64,000 bases of DNA from Lytechinus pictus (lineage: Eukaryota), in the NCBI RefSeq assembly GCF_037042905.1, contig NC_087249.1, positions 49,538,001 through 49,602,000 on the forward strand, given 5' to 3'. Within the stretch, counting starts at the first letter, position 1. Each line of letters begins with the position of its first letter. This document shows, piece by piece, positions 61,291-64,000 of the stretch. The notes beneath the pieces are model-generated. The model made no database searches, was not told where the DNA came from, and worked only from the letters and a program-made list of their open reading frames with translations. The translations under genes and the position numbers were made by a program.

Positions 61291-61497
61291 TTTTCCGACT
61301 TTAATTTCGCTGCAAAAGAAAAACTATTATCACAGTTTATCCTCGTCGCCACTAAATGACAAGTTTCACTCTGTATCATTAACTTATTTAGACGAATAGT
61401 ACGAGCAAGAAACAAACACATGAGGACACAAAGATGGCTGATTTAACTCTCCCTATAATATCGCACTGCGCAGGCGCAGCTTTACAATGTTGCCACA
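57496..61497 (-). mobile_element. Gypsy (Mag-like) LTR retrotransposon, apparently 3'-truncated; putative 5' LTR ~61357-61497
   Basis: PBS TGGCGACGAGGAT (minus strand, 61339-61351) is complementary to the tRNA-Ser(GCT) 3' end. Upstream is a TG...TGTCA segment. I found no second copy of it and no PPT downstream of the ORF. Confidence 0.8.
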
Positions 61498-61574
61498 TAA
61501 ATCATTATCATACATACATTACAACTCACTCTTGCTACTTTCTTCCCCTTCCTTTCTTTCATGCTTTACCCCAT

Positions 61575-62030
61575 CTCACCATCACCACTATCATCGTCGC
61601 CATCTTCATCATAATTATCACAATCGACGTCGTCGTCATTGTCATCATTACCATCACCACCATCGTCATCAACATCGATATTATCATCGTCATCATCTTC
61701 ATCGTCATCAACAACATCACCATCTTCATCGTCATCAACAACATCATCATCATCATCATCAACATCAATATTATCATCAACATTATCATCAATATTATCA
61801 TCATCAACATCATCAATGTTAACACCGTCAACATCATCAATACTGTCATCATCATCATCATCTTCAATAGTATCATCATCAACATCATCATAAATAACAT
61901 CATCATCAATATTATCATCATCAACATATTCATCAATGTTACCATCATCATGATCATCAACATCATTATCAATATTATCATCAACATCATTATCGATATT
62001 AACATCATCAACATCATTATCACAATCATC
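61575..62030. repeat. Long degenerate (ATC/AAC/ATT)n trinucleotide tract
   Basis: Direct inspection; source of the poly-I/H/S/M ORFs. Confidence 0.95.
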
Positions 62031-64000
62031 CTCCTCCTTACCCCATTCAACGACCCTCTACTCCTCTCCTCACTCCAGCCCCCCCCCCCCCCCACCTGTA
62101 CCCCTCTCCTCTACTGGCGTACAGATTGGGGGGGGGGGGGCTTGGGGGTTCTTCCCCACGCCATATCAAGCCCCTTCAATTTTTTTTTCTCATTACGCCA
62201 CTGCTCTCCTATTAACCTCTTTCTCTTCCTGCCCAACTATCTCTACCCGGCCCATTACCTCAGATCATTACACATGGATATGATTAACTTATTTTCATTA
62301 TGATCATAGGAGACGAGATATTTTTATACTCTGAAATAATGAGTATACATTTAGAAATACCCGGCGAAAGGAAGCTACCTTGATATCTCTGGAATCTAAC
62401 AACATGCAATTCCTCTCCATAACCACAATCAGATGTGATCAAACTCAAAACGTGCATTGACCAATCAAATTTGCCCTTACAGGCATTGCATCGCTCAATA
62501 TATCGTACATAAACCAGCTAAAACCGTCATTTCAAATCTGCGAATGACTGCAAGAGTTTGTGTTCCAGGGCCTATAGAATCCTGTTTGACACTTCCTTAG
62601 TGACGTCCTTTGAACATAGTAGGTTCCTGTATAGTTTTTAAACTACTTAATTTAGCTTTAGATCGATGTTGATAAGCAGATTTTACATTACGGCTTTATT
62701 ACATCGAAGAATGTGATAATTTTTCTGACATATTATTAGTGTGTAGAAATTACTATCATTATGTGCGTTGTCATGGTTGCTGCTCTTATTTCATTGATAT
62801 CAAATCGTCAACATCGTTATCATTGACTTCATTACCAGTCATTATCATATTGAATTATTGATCATCATCAATGTTATAACCATGGGTACAAAAATGTATT
62901 TTAGAAAGGGATAGACTTTTTAAATGTCAAATTTTTCTCTAAACTGATAATTTGTACTTCCTCAGAAAAAAAAAAGTTCCTATCATGTCGGTCACTCTGC
63001 AAACTTCATGTCTTAACCGATTCTAGTGAAATTTTTAAATTCAAAACTGCAGTCAATTTTGGCAAATGACAATTGAGAAAATGTTGTCTGCAGTTGGCAA
63101 AAAACTTTCTGTACAATCCCCAATTTGTTTCAATTCGATGACTGTCTTCATTCTGTCAGCGATCTTTTTCCGAAATCAAGTATTAATGATTTTTCTTTAT
63201 TCCCTGTGCACACGCTGAAGACTAGAACTTTGGGATAATCATAATTGTAAGCACGGATAAGTTCATGGTGATGATGTAAAATGATTAAAGCTCACTTCAA
63301 ATGTTCAACAAAGCAAAATAATATTCTTCTCGACAGAATGACAATGTGTCATCAAATCGAACAATAAGTACAGTTTTCTGTGGTAACAACAGAACAATAA
63401 TTATCGAGCAATAGGAAAATTCTGAGGAGGCCGGATAAGGTGCATGGGTCATAAATTTTGACAATTTTAATCGAAAAATCTAAATCTAAAATTCAAACCT
63501 TATATCTACTACTTTCTATCCCTTTTCTCCTTTTTTGTAATATTAGTCGCGATTTTTTTATTTTATTTTTGTTGTATAAGTATTTATTTTTCTTGTTTGT
63601 CATTTATCCTTTTTTTTTTTTTTGGGGGGGGGGGTCCATTGCCCGGCCCACTCCCATCATCTGTACGCTAGTATGCCTACCTATTGGTGATAATGACTCT
63701 CATTGCAAATAAGCGCTTCACATCTGTTTCAGTCTCACACAACATTGGAATTTATGTTTTTATCTACGCTTTTAAATTTCACATATTAATCATTCACACT
63801 ACAAACATGCTATCCTTCCATATTAACATGATTAATGTCAAAACACTCACTCTCATGCAAAGAAGTGACATGTTGATACCAGCGTCTGGTGTGTACTTTT
63901 GAATAAGTACCAAGCTGAATGGCTCGAACATATTGTTCATTTTATTTTACTGTATCCACAAGCAGGGAAACGTTTTGGTGGCAATTTTAGGTAAGCTGAA

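Noticed and set aside
61434-62303. 289-aa Ile-rich ORF and overlapping His/Ser/Met-rich ORFs
   Set aside because: Translations of a degenerate (ATC)n tract.

Overview
AT-rich, repeat-dense eukaryotic genomic DNA with one assembly gap (12141-12464). The repeat landscape looks like a marine invertebrate deuterostome, probably a sea urchin; this is inference only. The window holds a cluster of three spliced DEG/ENaC (ASIC-like) cation-channel paralogues that the ORF track fragments. Gene A is the last 5 exons on + (30-3389). Genes B and C are complete 10-exon genes on - (B 14138-28740, 481 aa; C 32681-46733, 492 aa). I rebuilt the exons by hand from GT-AG sites, and exon phases match between paralogues. 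B and C lack the near-universal pre-TM1 His-Gly motif, the ASIC proton-sensing His and one conserved Cys pair. All three have Cys at the degenerin position. Between A and B is a very young, full-length Gmr1-type Gypsy LTR retrotransposon with integrase before RT, near-identical LTRs, an ATAT TSD and a duplicated LTR-end/PBS junction. A second Gypsy element (Mag-like) has an intact 1264-aa ORF but no visible 3' LTR (57.5-61.5 kb). Introns and intergenic DNA contain tRNA-SINEs, LINE relics, nested hAT/Kolobok/Harbinger MITEs, Helentron-like elements carrying satellite arrays, a large nested inverted repeat and a Penelope-like relic with a hammerhead-like core.
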